Assembly (NCBI GenBank): GCA_964016885.1
Contig: OZ024740.1
Span: 441,936,001-442,000,000 of the forward strand
Direction: 5' to 3'
Length of the DNA stretch: 64,000 nucleotides
Origin: Eledone cirrhosa
Lineage: Eukaryota
Shown piece by piece: positions 40,801 to 55,527 of the stretch (position 1 is the stretch's first letter; every line of letters begins with the position of its first letter). The notes under the pieces were generated by a model. The model made no database searches, was not told the DNA's origin, and was given only the letters and a program-made list of their open reading frames with translations. Both the position numbers and the translations under genes were made by a program.

Positions 40801-43800
40801 CAGGGTTAAACCTCCAAATATTTCCGCTGAGTATACTGTACTGGAGCAACGTGAAATGGACACCACATTATGATCATAAGTCCAACAGCCTTACCACTAC
40901 ACCACACCCCTCCACAGAACATCCTTACCACTACACCACACCCCTCCACAGAACATCCTTACCACTAGCCCACACACCTCCACTGAACACCCTTACCACT
41001 AGCCCACACACCTCCACTGAACACACTTACCACTACACCACAAACCTCTACTGAACACCCTTACCACCAAACCACATCCCTCCACAGAACACCCTTACCA
41101 CTAGACCCCACCCCTCCACTGAACACCCTTACCACTAGATCACACCCTTACCTTTACACCACACCCCTCCATGGAACACCCTTACCACTAGCCCACACAC
41201 CTCCACTGAACACCCTTACCACTACACCACACCCTCCACAGAACACTCTTACCACTAGACCACACAACTCCACAGAACACCCTTACCACTAGCCCACACA
41301 CCTCCACTGAACACCCTTACCACTACACCACACCCCTCCACAGTACAGCCTTACCACTAGACCACACCCCTCCACAGAACACCCTTACCACTAGACCACA
41401 CAACTCCACAGAACACCTTTACCACTAGCCCACACACCTCCTCTGAATACCCTTACCACTACACCACACCCTCCACAGAACACTCTTACCACTAGACCAC
41501 ACAACTCCACAGAACACCCTTACCACTAGCCCACACACCTCCACTGAACACCCTTACCACTACACCACACCCTCCACAGAACACTCTTACCACTAGACCA
41601 CACAACTTCACAGAACACCCTTACCACTAGACCACACACCTCCACTGAACACCCTTACCACTACACCACACCCTCCACAGAACACTCTTACCACTAGACC
41701 ACACAACTCCACTGAACACCCTTACCACTAGACCACATAACTCCACTGAATACCCTTACCACTACACCACACCCTCCACAGAACACTCTTACCACTAGAC
41801 CACACAACTTCACAGAACACCCTTACCACTAGCCCACACACCTCCTCTGAATACCCTTACCACTACACCACACCCTCCACAGAACACTCTTACCACTAGA
41901 CCACACAACTCCACTGAACACCCTTACCACTAGACCACACACCTCCACTGAACACCCTTACCACTACACCACACCCTCCACAGAACACTCTTACCACTAG
42001 ACCACACAACTTCACAGAACACCCTTACCACTAGACCACACACCTCCACTGAACACCCTTACCACTACACCACACCCTCCACAGAACACTCTTACCACTA
42101 GACCACACAACTTCACAGAACACCCTTACCACTAGCCCACACACCTCCTCTGAATACCCTTACCACTACACCACACCCTCCACAGAACACTCTTACCACT
42201 AGACCACACAACTCCACAGAACACCCTTACCACTAGCCCACACACCTCCACTGAACACCCTTACCACTACACCACACCCTCCACAGAACACTCTTACCAC
42301 TAGACCACACAACTCCACAGAACACCCTTACCACTAGCCCACACACCTCCACTGAACACCCTTACCACTACACCACACCCTCCACAGAACACTCTTACCA
42401 CTAGACCACACAACTCCACTGAACACCCTTACCACTACACCACACCCTCCACAGAACACTCTTACCACTACACCACACCCTCCACAGAACACTCTTACCA
42501 CTACACCACACCCTCCACAGAACACTCTTACCACTACACCACACCCTCCACAGAACACTCTTACCACTACACCACACCCTCCACAGAACACTCTTACCAC
42601 TACACCACACCCTCCACTGAACACCCTTACCACTACACCACACCCTCCACAGAACACTCTTACCACTACACCACACCCTCCACAGAACACTCTTACCACT
42701 ACACCACACCCTCCACAGAACACTCTTACCACTAGACCACACAACTCCACAGAACACCCTTATCACTAGCCCACACACCTCCACTGAACACCCTTACCAC
42801 TACACCACACCCTCCACAGAACACTCTTACCACTAGACCACACCCCTCCACAGAACACCCTTACCACTACACCACACCCTCCACTGAACACCTTTACCAC
42901 TAGCCCACACACCTCCTCTGAATACCCTTACCACTACACCACACCCTCCACAGAACACTCTTACCACTAGACCACACAACTCCACAGAACACCCTTACCA
43001 CTACACCACACCCTCCACTGAACACCTTTACCACTAGCCCACACACCTCCACTGAACACCCTTACCACTACACCACACCCTCCACAGAACACTCTTACCA
43101 CTAGACCACACCCCTCCACAGAACACTCTTACCACTAGACCACACAACTTCACAGAACACCCTTACCACTAGACCACACAACTCCACTGAACACCCTTAC
43201 CACTACACCACACCCTCCACAGAACACTCTTACCACTACACCACACCCTCCACAGAACACTCTTACCACTACACCACACCCTCCACAGAACACTCTTACC
43301 ACTAGACCACACAACTCCACAGAACACCCTTATCACTAGCCCACACACCTCCACTGAACACCCTTACCACTACACCACACCCTCCACAGAACACTCTTAC
43401 CACTAGACCACACAACTTCACAGAACACCCTTACCACTAGCCCACACACCTCCACTGAACACCCTTACCACTACACCACACCCTCCACAGAACACTCTTA
43501 CCACTACACCACACCCTCCACAGAACACTCTTACCACTAGACCACACAACTCCACAGAACACCCTTACCACTACACCACACCCCTCCACAGAAGACCCTT
43601 ACAACTACACCACACAACTCCACAGAACACCCTTACCACTAGACCACACCCCTCCCTACACTATAAAATGAATATTGATTTACTTACCTTTTACTGTGTA
43701 TTTAACCAGTTTAGCTTTAAGGTCATCACTTAACCTGTTGCTATTGTTGAGGTAATTATAAATGTAAACATTGGGAGCAAAATTAATCATGTTTTGTTCT

Positions 43801-46800
43801 CCACATCCGTATGGCATTCTAATCAGACCAGTGGCTGTATCGATAGCTTTACCCATTACATCACCTGGTTTAAAAAGCATAAGAAAACGGAAACATGTTA
43901 AGACTTTTTCATGAAGCACATAATCATTTATTCATACATATACATACATGATGGTTGCCGCCTCGTTATCGAGTACGGCCATTGCACGATATACCATTAT
44001 AAATAATTATTAATTAATTCTATCGTGCAATGCCTTTGCGTGAAGATTTTTTTAAAGTGAGAAAGACTGTGCACTGAGCCAATCCCAGTCGCTGAGAGAC
44101 AGTAGCTATAACCTGGAAAGAAGAAAAGGGGTCAACATCATCGGTAACTACTGAGCCGTAGGTTTTATGCCGGAGTTATCCCAGTTTCCTGAGTTGCCTT
44201 CTCCTAGAAGAATTCCCTGACAAAGGCTAGGGGCCCTTCACACCCAGTGGTTTGACCGCGCGATCGGGTGTCCAGCCCGACTATTTCTATGTCCCCGCGC
44301 ATATACATACACATGCACACATGCATATACATATATACATATACATACATATGTACATGTGTATATACATATTTACACATTTTTGGATGGTATACATACA
44401 TACATACATACATACATACATACATACATACATACATACATACATACATACATACATACATACATGTATGATGCCTGCAACATGATTTCGAGTAATGCCA
44501 TCGCTTGATACTTAAGCATGAACATCACGAACGTGGCTTTTAGTCTTGCTAGGGACTTGCCTATGGCCAGCCATGCCACGCATCGCAAAACATGTCACAT
44601 ATCAAGTGATGCCTGTGCTTGAAGCTTTTTTAAGTGAGGAAAGGCTTTGCTCGGTGCCAATCCCATTCTCTGAACATCGAATACATTTACCCAAAAAGAA
44701 GAACTGGTCTACATCAGTGGATGCAAATGAAGTTGCAGGTTTTATATCAGAGTGACCATCTCTTAGAGAGATGTCTAGAAGACTAGGGTCTCTTGCTCCA
44801 CAAAAAAATCTTTATTGGATTGCCATTGACTCTCCTGAGTTCATCGCCCTTTGACGGGTCTTTTTTTCGTCCCGTAGTGTGTCCAAAATCACCCCCCTCA
44901 CCAAGCAAGCTAGGTGGGGTTGCCGATTTAGTCGCTGACGACCCGATCATACACAGGTTGTACTGGGTTACATGTGACCAGTAGCGCATATATATATATA
45001 CATACATGTGTCTGTGTGTGTATTAGTGTGTGTATTAGTGTGTATTTATTTTATTGAACCTCAAGTGATGAAAAGTGGAATTAACATTCATAATGAAAAA
45101 GATGGTGAAACTAAAAATATCAAAATTGCTTTTAACGATCCTAAATATTTTCGGGTTTTCCATCCATTTTATTAGCAGAGATGCGTGAAATCCGTTGTTG
45201 GACGCTATTGACAATAGTGTTTTTAATACTTCTAGGATGATTAGAATTGAAACTTACGTAATTTAGATTTTCGTTAATTTTATGGAAAGGATAGTAAAGA
45301 CCTGTGCTAAGGTTTAAGGTTACATCTAAGAAGTTAACGATTTTGTAATTATTCTCTATTTCTAAATTAAGGTTGTAGTTGTTGAAAAATTGTATTATGG
45401 ATTTCCTTTTCCTATTAATTTCACTATTGCTATGGTTTTCAATTAAAAGTAAGATATCGTCACGATATAAACCTCCGGTCATCTCTGGCATTTTCCTATG
45501 CAGTACATTATTAATAAATAATCCAACGAGGTCCGTTACTTGCGCCGAGTCAGATGATCCAATAGTGATATCAAAATTGTTTTTTCTGTCGGCTCTTGTC
45601 CAGAAATGATTATTAAATTCTATTAGTGTTTTACGTGCTGTTAGAATTATATTCATTTCATCATTAGATAGGTCTGTATGTTTAGACGCGTAGATAAGTG
45701 CCTTATTAAGTAAACTATTACCCCTAGTTTACGGATTTCACGCATCTCTGCTAATAAAAATATTTTTGATGATAAGGCAGAATATTATAATGACGCTTTA
45801 CATAGAGCAGGATACTCGAATAAAATTAAATACATTGATAACAATAACATGACAAATCATCCTAGAATTAATTATAATAATAATAAACAATTTAACTTAA
45901 ACACTAAACAGAACAAAAAACTAGAACTAGAAATATTATTTGGTACCCCCCCCCCCCCACTTCTCATTAAGCGTTAAAACGCCTTTAGCAAAGCTATTCT
46001 TTAAAGCACTAGATAAATGTTTTCCTAAAGCTCACAGATACCACTCTATTTTTAACAGACACACAATAAAACTATCCTACTCTACTACTATGAACATAGC
46101 ACAAAATATAAATATAATTAATAATATAAACTTAAATTTAAACCCTAACCAAACTAACCAAAATAGCAATAATAATATTTTTAACAACAATATTCATAAT
46201 AATAGTACCGTTCTGAATAACAACTCCAGAAAATGTAACTGTAGAATCAAATCAAACTGCCCTTTACAAAATAATTGCTTAGACAAAAACGTAGTTTATA
46301 AATACACAGTTAAAACTAGAGACAAAATATTTAACTATATTGGTGCCACTTCAACAAAATTCAAAGAACGCTGGAATAACCATAAACACACATTTAAGAG
46401 ATCCGATAAAAAATCTTCTACTTCACTTTCACATCTAATTTGGAATTTAAAAGACAACAATATAGACTATTCAATATCTTGGAGAACGATTTCGAAAGCA
46501 CCTGCATACCGAAATATGGCTTTCTCAAGATTCTGTAACTTGTGTATCGAAGAAATTTTTTATATAATTAACTGTCAAAACTCTATTAATCTTAGAACAG
46601 AATTATTTTTTTCTTGCGGCCACGGCCAAAATTCCACGTTCAGAACTATTTTTAATTTATAATATTCCTATACACCTTCAAATTGATCCTATCTTCTTTA
46701 AAAATTTAAATGTAAATTTTTAAATTTTTTAATATTTTTTATATTTTTAATATTTTTAATATGTTTAATATTTCTAATTTTTTTTATTTTCTAATATGTT

Positions 46801-46834
46801 TACCTTTTGACATTAATCTTTTTAATATATATAT

Positions 46835-46893
<59 letters not shown>

Positions 46894-47249
46894 TAATAAA
46901 AATAAGGAATAAAAACAAAGAAACAGTTCCTTATATTAAAAAATTCATCATTTTACGATAGTTTCTAGGATATATATGTGTGTGTTGGTATGTATATCAT
47001 ATAGATCTATGTAAAATGTTTACAAACTATCAGAGGGAATATACATACCTACACATATATATGCTGTCTTTTATTATAAGGAACTGTTTCTTTGTTTCTA
47101 TTCATTATTTTTATTAATTTAACTTGACTCTGTTTTCCTGTGTTTTTCATCGAAAAAATGTTGAATACATCTTCTCTTTTCATGATATTTGGATTACATT
47201 GAGTTCTTCATACGGATTGGACACTACCGTATATTTTGGTAGATTTATC

Positions 47250-47283
<34 letters not shown>

Positions 47284-48330
47284 AATATTTTTAATTCTGA
47301 CATTATTTTCCTAATGATACCCCTCTAAATATATTTTTTTAATATGTAGATTGATAATCTTTAATTGACACTCTGAAAATTTATCCTCTTCGATATGTAC
47401 ATTAAGTTTTTCCTCTTTTTGATATTCAAACTTTCACACATCTTTCAACTAAAATAATTAATGTCCCACAAAATAATATATAATTTTCTCTATATATTTT
47501 CTGAGTAAATCACTCATCAAATTTAACGATTAACAAACAAGATTGAAGTTATCTTTCCTTTCTCAATCGTGCAAACATAAACATATTATGTAGGATAATC
47601 TATATAACTTCGCTAAATTAACAATATTCTGAAAACATTTTCAATGTTGAACAAAATATTCGAATCTACAAATTGTTCTCCTCTCACAACTTGAATCATC
47701 TATTTTTTATGTAAAATATAAAATCAACATCCTTCGTAACTCATATTAGAAATATAAACAATTAATAATTGTAAATTATTTCTATTTCTATAATACTAAT
47801 ACATGCAAAATTATTAATCTATATAGAGATTTATATACATATAACCTATTGTAATGTAATAAGATAAAAATACTTACAAACATAATTCTTCGCATAATCT
47901 AATTGATTATATATACAATATTTTAACTCATAATATAGTAAATAAATTTAAATTTAAACTCTGGAATCATATTCCACCTTTTTCCCCAAAAAAATAACGT
48001 AAATACAAGCTCTTCTTCCTTTTTCTTCTTTCTTACGCATTTAAATTCTCCATAGCGTCTAAAATAACGTTTTTTTTTCAGCCCTTTACCTCAACTTCAT
48101 TTGCATACTCATCTTAATAATTTTAAATATCTGACTTTTCTACTCTTATCTCTTCACTATCCAAGGAAAACTTGAACCGTTAAGGTATTTTTCTTGGTTA
48201 TGTCAAAATTTATAAAACACACTTCGTATTTTATCTGATGAAAGCGTACCAAGGTTTTGGTACCCTTGAAATATATATCATAGAATAAATATGGTTTTAT
48301 AAATATAGTTTCCATTTATTTAATATCATT

Positions 48331-48404
<74 letters not shown>

Positions 48405-48787
48405 GGAAGCAGAAAATTGCTTATTGTAATCCAGTTCGTGGTTAAGACAGCCAGTTTCATGGACGGTTTCAACGTACGGTTAGGGGTAACTCCACAAGTT
48501 TGTAAGAATCACGTTCAATCTTGGAGTGTAAAGGATAAAAGAGAAAACACAGGTAAGCATTAAAAAAAGGATTTTATCCAGGTATTTACGACCGTTTCAT
48601 TGGTAAGTGCAACCTTATATTGCTATACTGCAAATTCACTATTTTGAAAATTTCGACGTGTACAACAATTATTATTGAGTGGCTGCTATTTGCAGTATAG
48701 CAATATAAGGTTGCACTTACCAATGAAACTGTCGTAAATACCTGGATAAAATCCTTTTTTAATGCTTACCTATGTTTTCTCTTTTAT

Positions 48788-48886
<99 letters not shown>

Positions 48887-48942
48887 GAAATCGACTTCAC
48901 CTTTTCTCTATATCCACTGTTTTGTATAGAACCTTACTTCCC

Positions 48943-48981
<39 letters not shown>

Positions 48982-51435
48982 ATGTGTGTGTGTGTGTGTG
49001 CATTTATGTGTGTATATATATATGTGTGTGTATATTTGTGTGAATATATATGTGTGTGTATGTGTATATACATATGTATGTATGCGTGTTAGTATGTGTG
49101 TATATATACGTGTGTGTGTGTAAGTATATATATATATGTGTATATATATATATATATGTGTGTGTTATAAGGATCTAATATATTGGGGAAGTACTTACCT
49201 ATTATGCTCACCTCAACTCTGCCTGAATCTGGAACCCTGTTGACATCATCCTCATGGCTAAATTCGAAGTCTATTGTAACAGGTGTTTCCTCGGTGATAT
49301 TCCTCATAAAGGCACGGTTAAAATACTCTGTAATTCCTTCTGCCTGTAAAATATCAATCCGTTAATCAATTAGTCAATCAATCAATATGTGTCCAGTATT
49401 CTTTTCAGGGCTTCCGATACTGGTAGGAAGGGTGCTGGAAGGTGTCCTCAATCGAGGGACCTAGTCCGAATGCTTGCAACAATAGAACTAGAAAAACCAA
49501 GAGCTATGTCGTGATGATAAATCGGATGACGAATTCACCCCACCAAGTAGGCTACAGAGGGGTTTGAACCCTGAACATAAAGGTTCGGAACAAATAAGGC
49601 AAGGTATCTTGACACTCTAGCGAATCTGCCAAACTCGTTTAATATGTTTAAAGCACTATTATTAAATACTTTGGTGGATAATTGATTGTTACACAATAAT
49701 AAATGCTGAACATGATATTTCTTGCGTCTATTTATAAAGTACAGTATTTGTCTGGTTATAAGTCGCGTTGGTGTATTAGACGCACGTTTATTATGAAGAT
49801 AAACGTTTGGGGAAAATAACTATAGTAGTATTTAGAATATCATAGGCAAACTGCGGCCCGCGAGCCGCATGCCACCCATTTGGCTTTCTTAATGACATGC
49901 CTAATTTCAAAATTAACTTAAGTTTTTTTAAAGTGTGGCCCGCCTTATGAACAGCCATGCGACCCACTGCTCGAGAAAGGTTGCCCACACCTGATTTAGA
50001 TGTTATAGAATAAAACTTCAACGTGCATTGTTCCAGGTCGACGAGGGCCAAAACAGTTACTTTGTGCCATGTTTAACAGCGATTATCGTATGTTTACAAA
50101 TGCTTCCACATCTTTTCATGAAATAAAGTGTTATGTTGTTTTTTTTAGAAGAAAAATATCAATATAGATAATGCATTACAATAAAATGAAACATGCCTAC
50201 ATAGTTAAATATAATTGTAACTTCGATCTGAAGAAAGAGTGGTGAAGATCATGGAATGAGTCCAAATTTGTCTACCAAGACCTCGTTCAGGACCCCATAT
50301 CTAAACCAGCTAACTCTGACCTTCCTAGAAAGCAATGGGTGTCCCTTAATTGGATCTGCACAGCACTCTTTAGAACAGCCCATCATTTCCATCGATGGAA
50401 AATGAAAGACAGCCCAACATGTGACTGTGGAGACTCTGACCTAACAATGCTGCATGTTGTTCGGGATTGACCCCCTCAGGCGTTTTCCCGGTGATCTGGA
50501 GGAAATCCATAATACAACAAATGACGTCTTAATCTGGCTCACCACTAATCTGATTCTCATTGTGCATATGTCATACGACAAGAAGTTATTATTAGGCTCT
50601 GGAAGTCAACGAAGTCGAACTAACCAGTCTGTACCGGAGGACTATGGAGCCGGGGACGATGGATAATTTCCAAAAATCCCTCGCTTGGCAGTGCTACTGG
50701 GGGGCACTGCCGGTTCGAGATAAACTCTACAGGCACGGAAGTGCTGTCAGACGGACCTGCCCGAGATGCACGCAGAGCGACGAAACCGTTCTGCACGCAC
50801 TCGTCCAGTGTCCGTGCATTACTGACTTGTGGAGTTATGTTTAACAGCTGTTGTCGCGTGTAGAACGGATCCGGCTATCGGCCGAGTCCATAGTGAAGAT
50901 CGACCCGCCGCCTTCTTTTGGCTAGGAAGGGCAGGCAATTTTCCTCTGTCTGGTGGCAGTAGCGAAAGAGGTTGTATGGTGGACGAGGTTGAAAGGACTG
51001 AAGACAGACACTTTTCTCTTCGGCCAATCCCTCATCAACTTTTTCAAGTTTCACTTGGAAAGGAAGGTGAGGGTGGAGAGAGAAGTGCTGCTCCCCAGAA
51101 CATTTGCTGAAAGGTGAGTGAATGTGGCGAGAATGGCCCGTGTGAGTGGGTCTACTCTAGTCATGCGGCTGTAGGTAGGTAAATTTGAAGAGGAGAGGGG
51201 TGCCCTTCCAGGGTACTCTCGAAGCGTCGGGTCGTTCAGGACTGGTGGGGTACCTGAGCGAACCCTAGGTAGTCATCCCCCCTATTAGGGAATTTTTTCT
51301 TGTAATTTTCTTGTTACTTTATTGTTACTTTGTTATTGTTATTCATATTGTTTACTCGATTTTTCTGTAAAACCCCACTGTCCCAGTCTTTTGTATTGAC
51401 CCCTATATGTCGGCCCTTGTGGCCAATAAATGAAA

Positions 51436-51467
<32 letters not shown>

Positions 51468-54400
51468 TGAAACTTCCTTTGAAATCTGTATCTTTCTCAA
51501 ATCATGTCGAGTGTCAACCTGACACCTGAGGTAATATTTGATGAACCACACATTTTACAATCAATTGTCATACAAATGATGCCACAATTATTGTTCTTTG
51601 AGTTTCAGTCATTGATGTTAGTTAACTGGAAAGTTTGTTGAAATGAATATCAAGCCACTACCTGCAGCCTCAGATATTCAGGACGTATCGGAGGGTTCTT
51701 GCTGTTCCCAGCAAGCATGCCTTTTGAAGCGTTCCAAAAAGCGTGGCGGGGCCAATTTTCTTTAACCATCCATGGAAACTTTTGGAGATAGTACCTAGTG
51801 CGCCTATGACAATCGGGACCACTTTGACTTCATGGCAGTTCCAAATCCTTTTTACCTCCCACTTTAAGTCCTGGTATCGGTTAATTTTCTCCCTCTCCTT
51901 CTCTTGCACTCTCGTGTCGAATGGGCAGGCCACATCCACAATCAGGCACGATCTTTTTTCCTTGTCCAAAACCACCAGGTCAGGTCTATTGTGTTCCAGT
52001 TTCTTGTCCGTCTGTATCCTAAAATCCCACAGCACCTTCACCTGATCGTTTTCTATCACCGACTCTGGCTTATGCTCATACCACTTCTCAGAATGTGGTA
52101 AATTGTTTACTTTGCATAGGTGCCAGTGGATCACCCTGCCCATCACATCATGTCTCCAGCCCTTATAGTGAGTCTGGGCTAGGTGTTTACACTCGGATAC
52201 AATGTGAGCCACAATCTCCTCTCTCTCTCTCCACAGATCCTGCACAGTGGGCTAGCCTCCTCCTTGTAAATATGGTGTTTCAACCACTTCGTTTTGAGGG
52301 CCTGCTCTTGCGCAGCCATTAGCATTCCTTCTGTAGCCTTTTTAAGGTCTCCTCTTTTCAACCAGTTCCATGTCTGTGGACCTCTGAATTCAGTTTTCTC
52401 AAAGCAGGTACTATGAAGGGATTTTTCATGAAGGCTGCTCTTTCTCCTTCTTGTTATTTCCTCCTTGGACATCCCCTGGTCTATTGTCCTCTCCTTCGAT
52501 ACAATTCTGAGCATTGGCTCCTTGCTATCAGTCACGTATTTGTGTAGGTTGTTTTTCTCTATCTGAACACAGTCCTCTATGCTGATAAGACCTCTCCCAC
52601 CTTCAGATCTCCTTAAGTAGAGTCTATTGACATCACTCCTTTTGTGGAACATGTTGTAGATAGTCAATAGCTTCCTAGTCTTCCTATCAATTTCTTTTTG
52701 TTCAGCAACATTCCATCTCAGAATTCCCTAACTGTACCTAATAATAGACACAGCTCGGGAATTTACTGCACTTATGGCATTCCTCCTGTTCAGATGTGAC
52801 TTTAATACGCCCCTTACTCTCCGAATGTATTCAGATCTTATCAATTCCTTTATTTTTTTGTTCTTGATGTCATCAGCCTCCAGAACACCCAAATACTTGT
52901 ATCCTTCTTGAGTGTCAATTTCCTTTATCATCTCACCTGTTGGTACCTGGATTCCGTTGCTTCTGCTCAATTTACCCCTCTTCATCACAAGGATTCCACA
53001 CTTACTAATACCAAATTGCATACATATATCATTGCTGAAAATACGGACAGTGTCAACAAGCACATCCAACTCCTTCTCACTCTTCCCGAAGAGCTTCAGA
53101 TCGTCCATGAAGAGGAGGTGATTGATGGTAAGCTCTCCTTTTCCCAACTTGTATCCTGCTCTCACTTTTCGCAGTATAATAGTCAGGGGCATCAGGGCAA
53201 GGACAAACAACAGAGGGGACAGACTATCTCCCTAGAAGATACCTCTCTTGATCTTCACGCCTCCCAAGGATTCTCCAGCTGATGTTAACTCTGTTTTCCA
53301 GGACTTCATACTTTTACCCAATAACTGTCTGATGTTATCTGACACCTTGAAGATCTCTAGGCTTTTGGTGATCCAAGAATGAGGCACCATGTCAAATGCC
53401 TTTTTGTAGTCTATCCATCCCATGGCAAGACCAGTGAGTCTCCTCTTGCAATCCTCATTACCATCTTATCAATAAGCAACTGGTCCTTTGTACCACGGGA
53501 CTTCTTTCGGCATCCTTTCTGTTCGTCCGGTAACAAGTTGTTTGTGTGGAGGTGATGGTAGATTTCCTCAGACACAATGCTTGTCAATAGTTTCCACATT
53601 ACGGACAGACATGTGATAGGTCTATAGTTGGTAACATCATTACCCTTGATTCGGTCTTTCATTACCAGAACTGTGGTACCTTTTGTCAACCACTCTGGTA
53701 CCTCACCTGACATCAAGCAGTCATTAAACATGGTTGTCAGTTTAGGGTGGAGGGATGTTATATTTGTAATCCAATACCCCTGCACACCGTCTGGGCCTGG
53801 TGATTTCCAGTTGGTTAGTTTTTTTGCCTGCCCCTTAAGAGTTTCAACTGTGATACTCAAATCAGTTTGTTGGTGTACCTGTTCACTAATCTCCTTTTGT
53901 ACTGTCTCAATCCACACTGCCTGGTCATTATGTTTAACATCCTGCTCCCATATTCCTCTCCAGAATGTTTTAGTTTGTTCCGCCTCAGGGATCAAGTCGT
54001 TGCCTCTTTCTTTCCCTTCAAGATGTCCAAACAGCATCTTCTGGTTGTTGTCAAACATTCGGTTCTGTCTATACTGACTGACTCTGCTCTCGTATCGCCT
54101 AATTTTTGCACTCTTTGCTACAATGCGTTGCTTCAGTTCCTCTATGATAATATTTAGCTTTTTCCTCCTAGTTTTGTACTTTATTTCAAGTCTATTTTTA
54201 GTGTCTATGTTTTTTAGTGTCCCATCCAGTAGGGACTCAAGCTTTCCAATGTCATTTCTCATTTCCCTGATTTGACCATTCAGTCGTTTCTTCCACCAAG
54301 GTTCTGATCTTTCTTGTTTGTTGTTTCCTCTCGCTTTTATGCCAAGTAATTTCCTCACCGCATTTGCTGTTGCTTTGAGGATATTGTTGCACTGGTGAAG

Positions 54401-55494
54401 GCTCCTCGCCTCAAGGTATGGGATGACTTTGTTTACCTTAGCTGTTGTTTCTTTTAACTTTTTCCTGTCTACAAATCTTAGGTTCATAGGTTTCCCACTA
54501 TCATTGTTCAATTCATCTACCACTAAGTTTAGGATATCAACCAAATCTTGTCCTAGCCCGTCAGCATTCATCTCCTCAATGGCCGTATCTTTGTCCCAGG
54601 TATTATTTATTTCAGCATTCAGATCATTGTCTGCTTCGGATGGTTCAGCCGTTCTCTCAACCTCTTCACCTTCATTTCTCACTGGCTCGTTTGCCTGGCA
54701 TACTCCACTCTCCATTTCCAACGTAATCTCTCTGCTCAGTTCCTCCAATTCCAGCTCGCTTATCCACCCATTAGTTCTTATTACCCGAGCCTGCCCGGCC
54801 AATTTTTGTTCATCTAATTTAAATAGACCAATCTCGTTCCAGATGTTATGCATCCGTTTCCTATAGCCTTTCTCCTTGGGGTTACTCTTCAGGTAACATT
54901 GCATAACAGTTCTATTCAATTATTTCGTCCAGTTGGTTCTGGTCCCTTTCCTTCTTCTTCCTCCGACACCAGCAGTATTTGGTTGACAGCCAGGTCCCTG
55001 CTGCTGAGCCAGGAAGCACCTGCTAGGTGAGAGTCTGTCACATGACATTCCAGTCTCCACTTCACCGCTATTCGAACTGTTTAGGTTCGACATTTAAACA
55101 CTCTTATCGAGGATTGGTGAAAGTATGGTTACATAACCACCGGTGATTTCATCACCTCCGGTGATGTCATCACCCCCGGTGATTTTAGCCACAATTATTA
55201 TTATTATTATTATTATTATTATTGTTCTTTGAGTCTCAGTCATTGATGTTAGTTAACTGGAAAGTTTGTTGAAATGAATATCAAGCCACTACCTGCATCC
55301 TCAGATATTCAGGACGTATCGGAGGGTTCTTGCTGTTCCCAGCAAGCATGCCTTTTGAAGCGTTCCAAAAAGCGTGGCGGGGCCAATTTTCTTTAACCAT
55401 CCCTGGAAACCTTTATGAGATAGTACCTAGTGCGCCTATGACAATCGGGACCACTTTGACTTCATGGCAGTTCCAAATCCTTTTTACCTCCCAC

Positions 55495-55527
<33 letters not shown>

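Noticed and set aside
35819-43655. CRISPR-like arrays
   Set aside because: Units are head-to-tail with no unique spacers, there are no cas genes, and the context is eukaryotic. The same applies to the 29-, 31- and 65-bp arrays.
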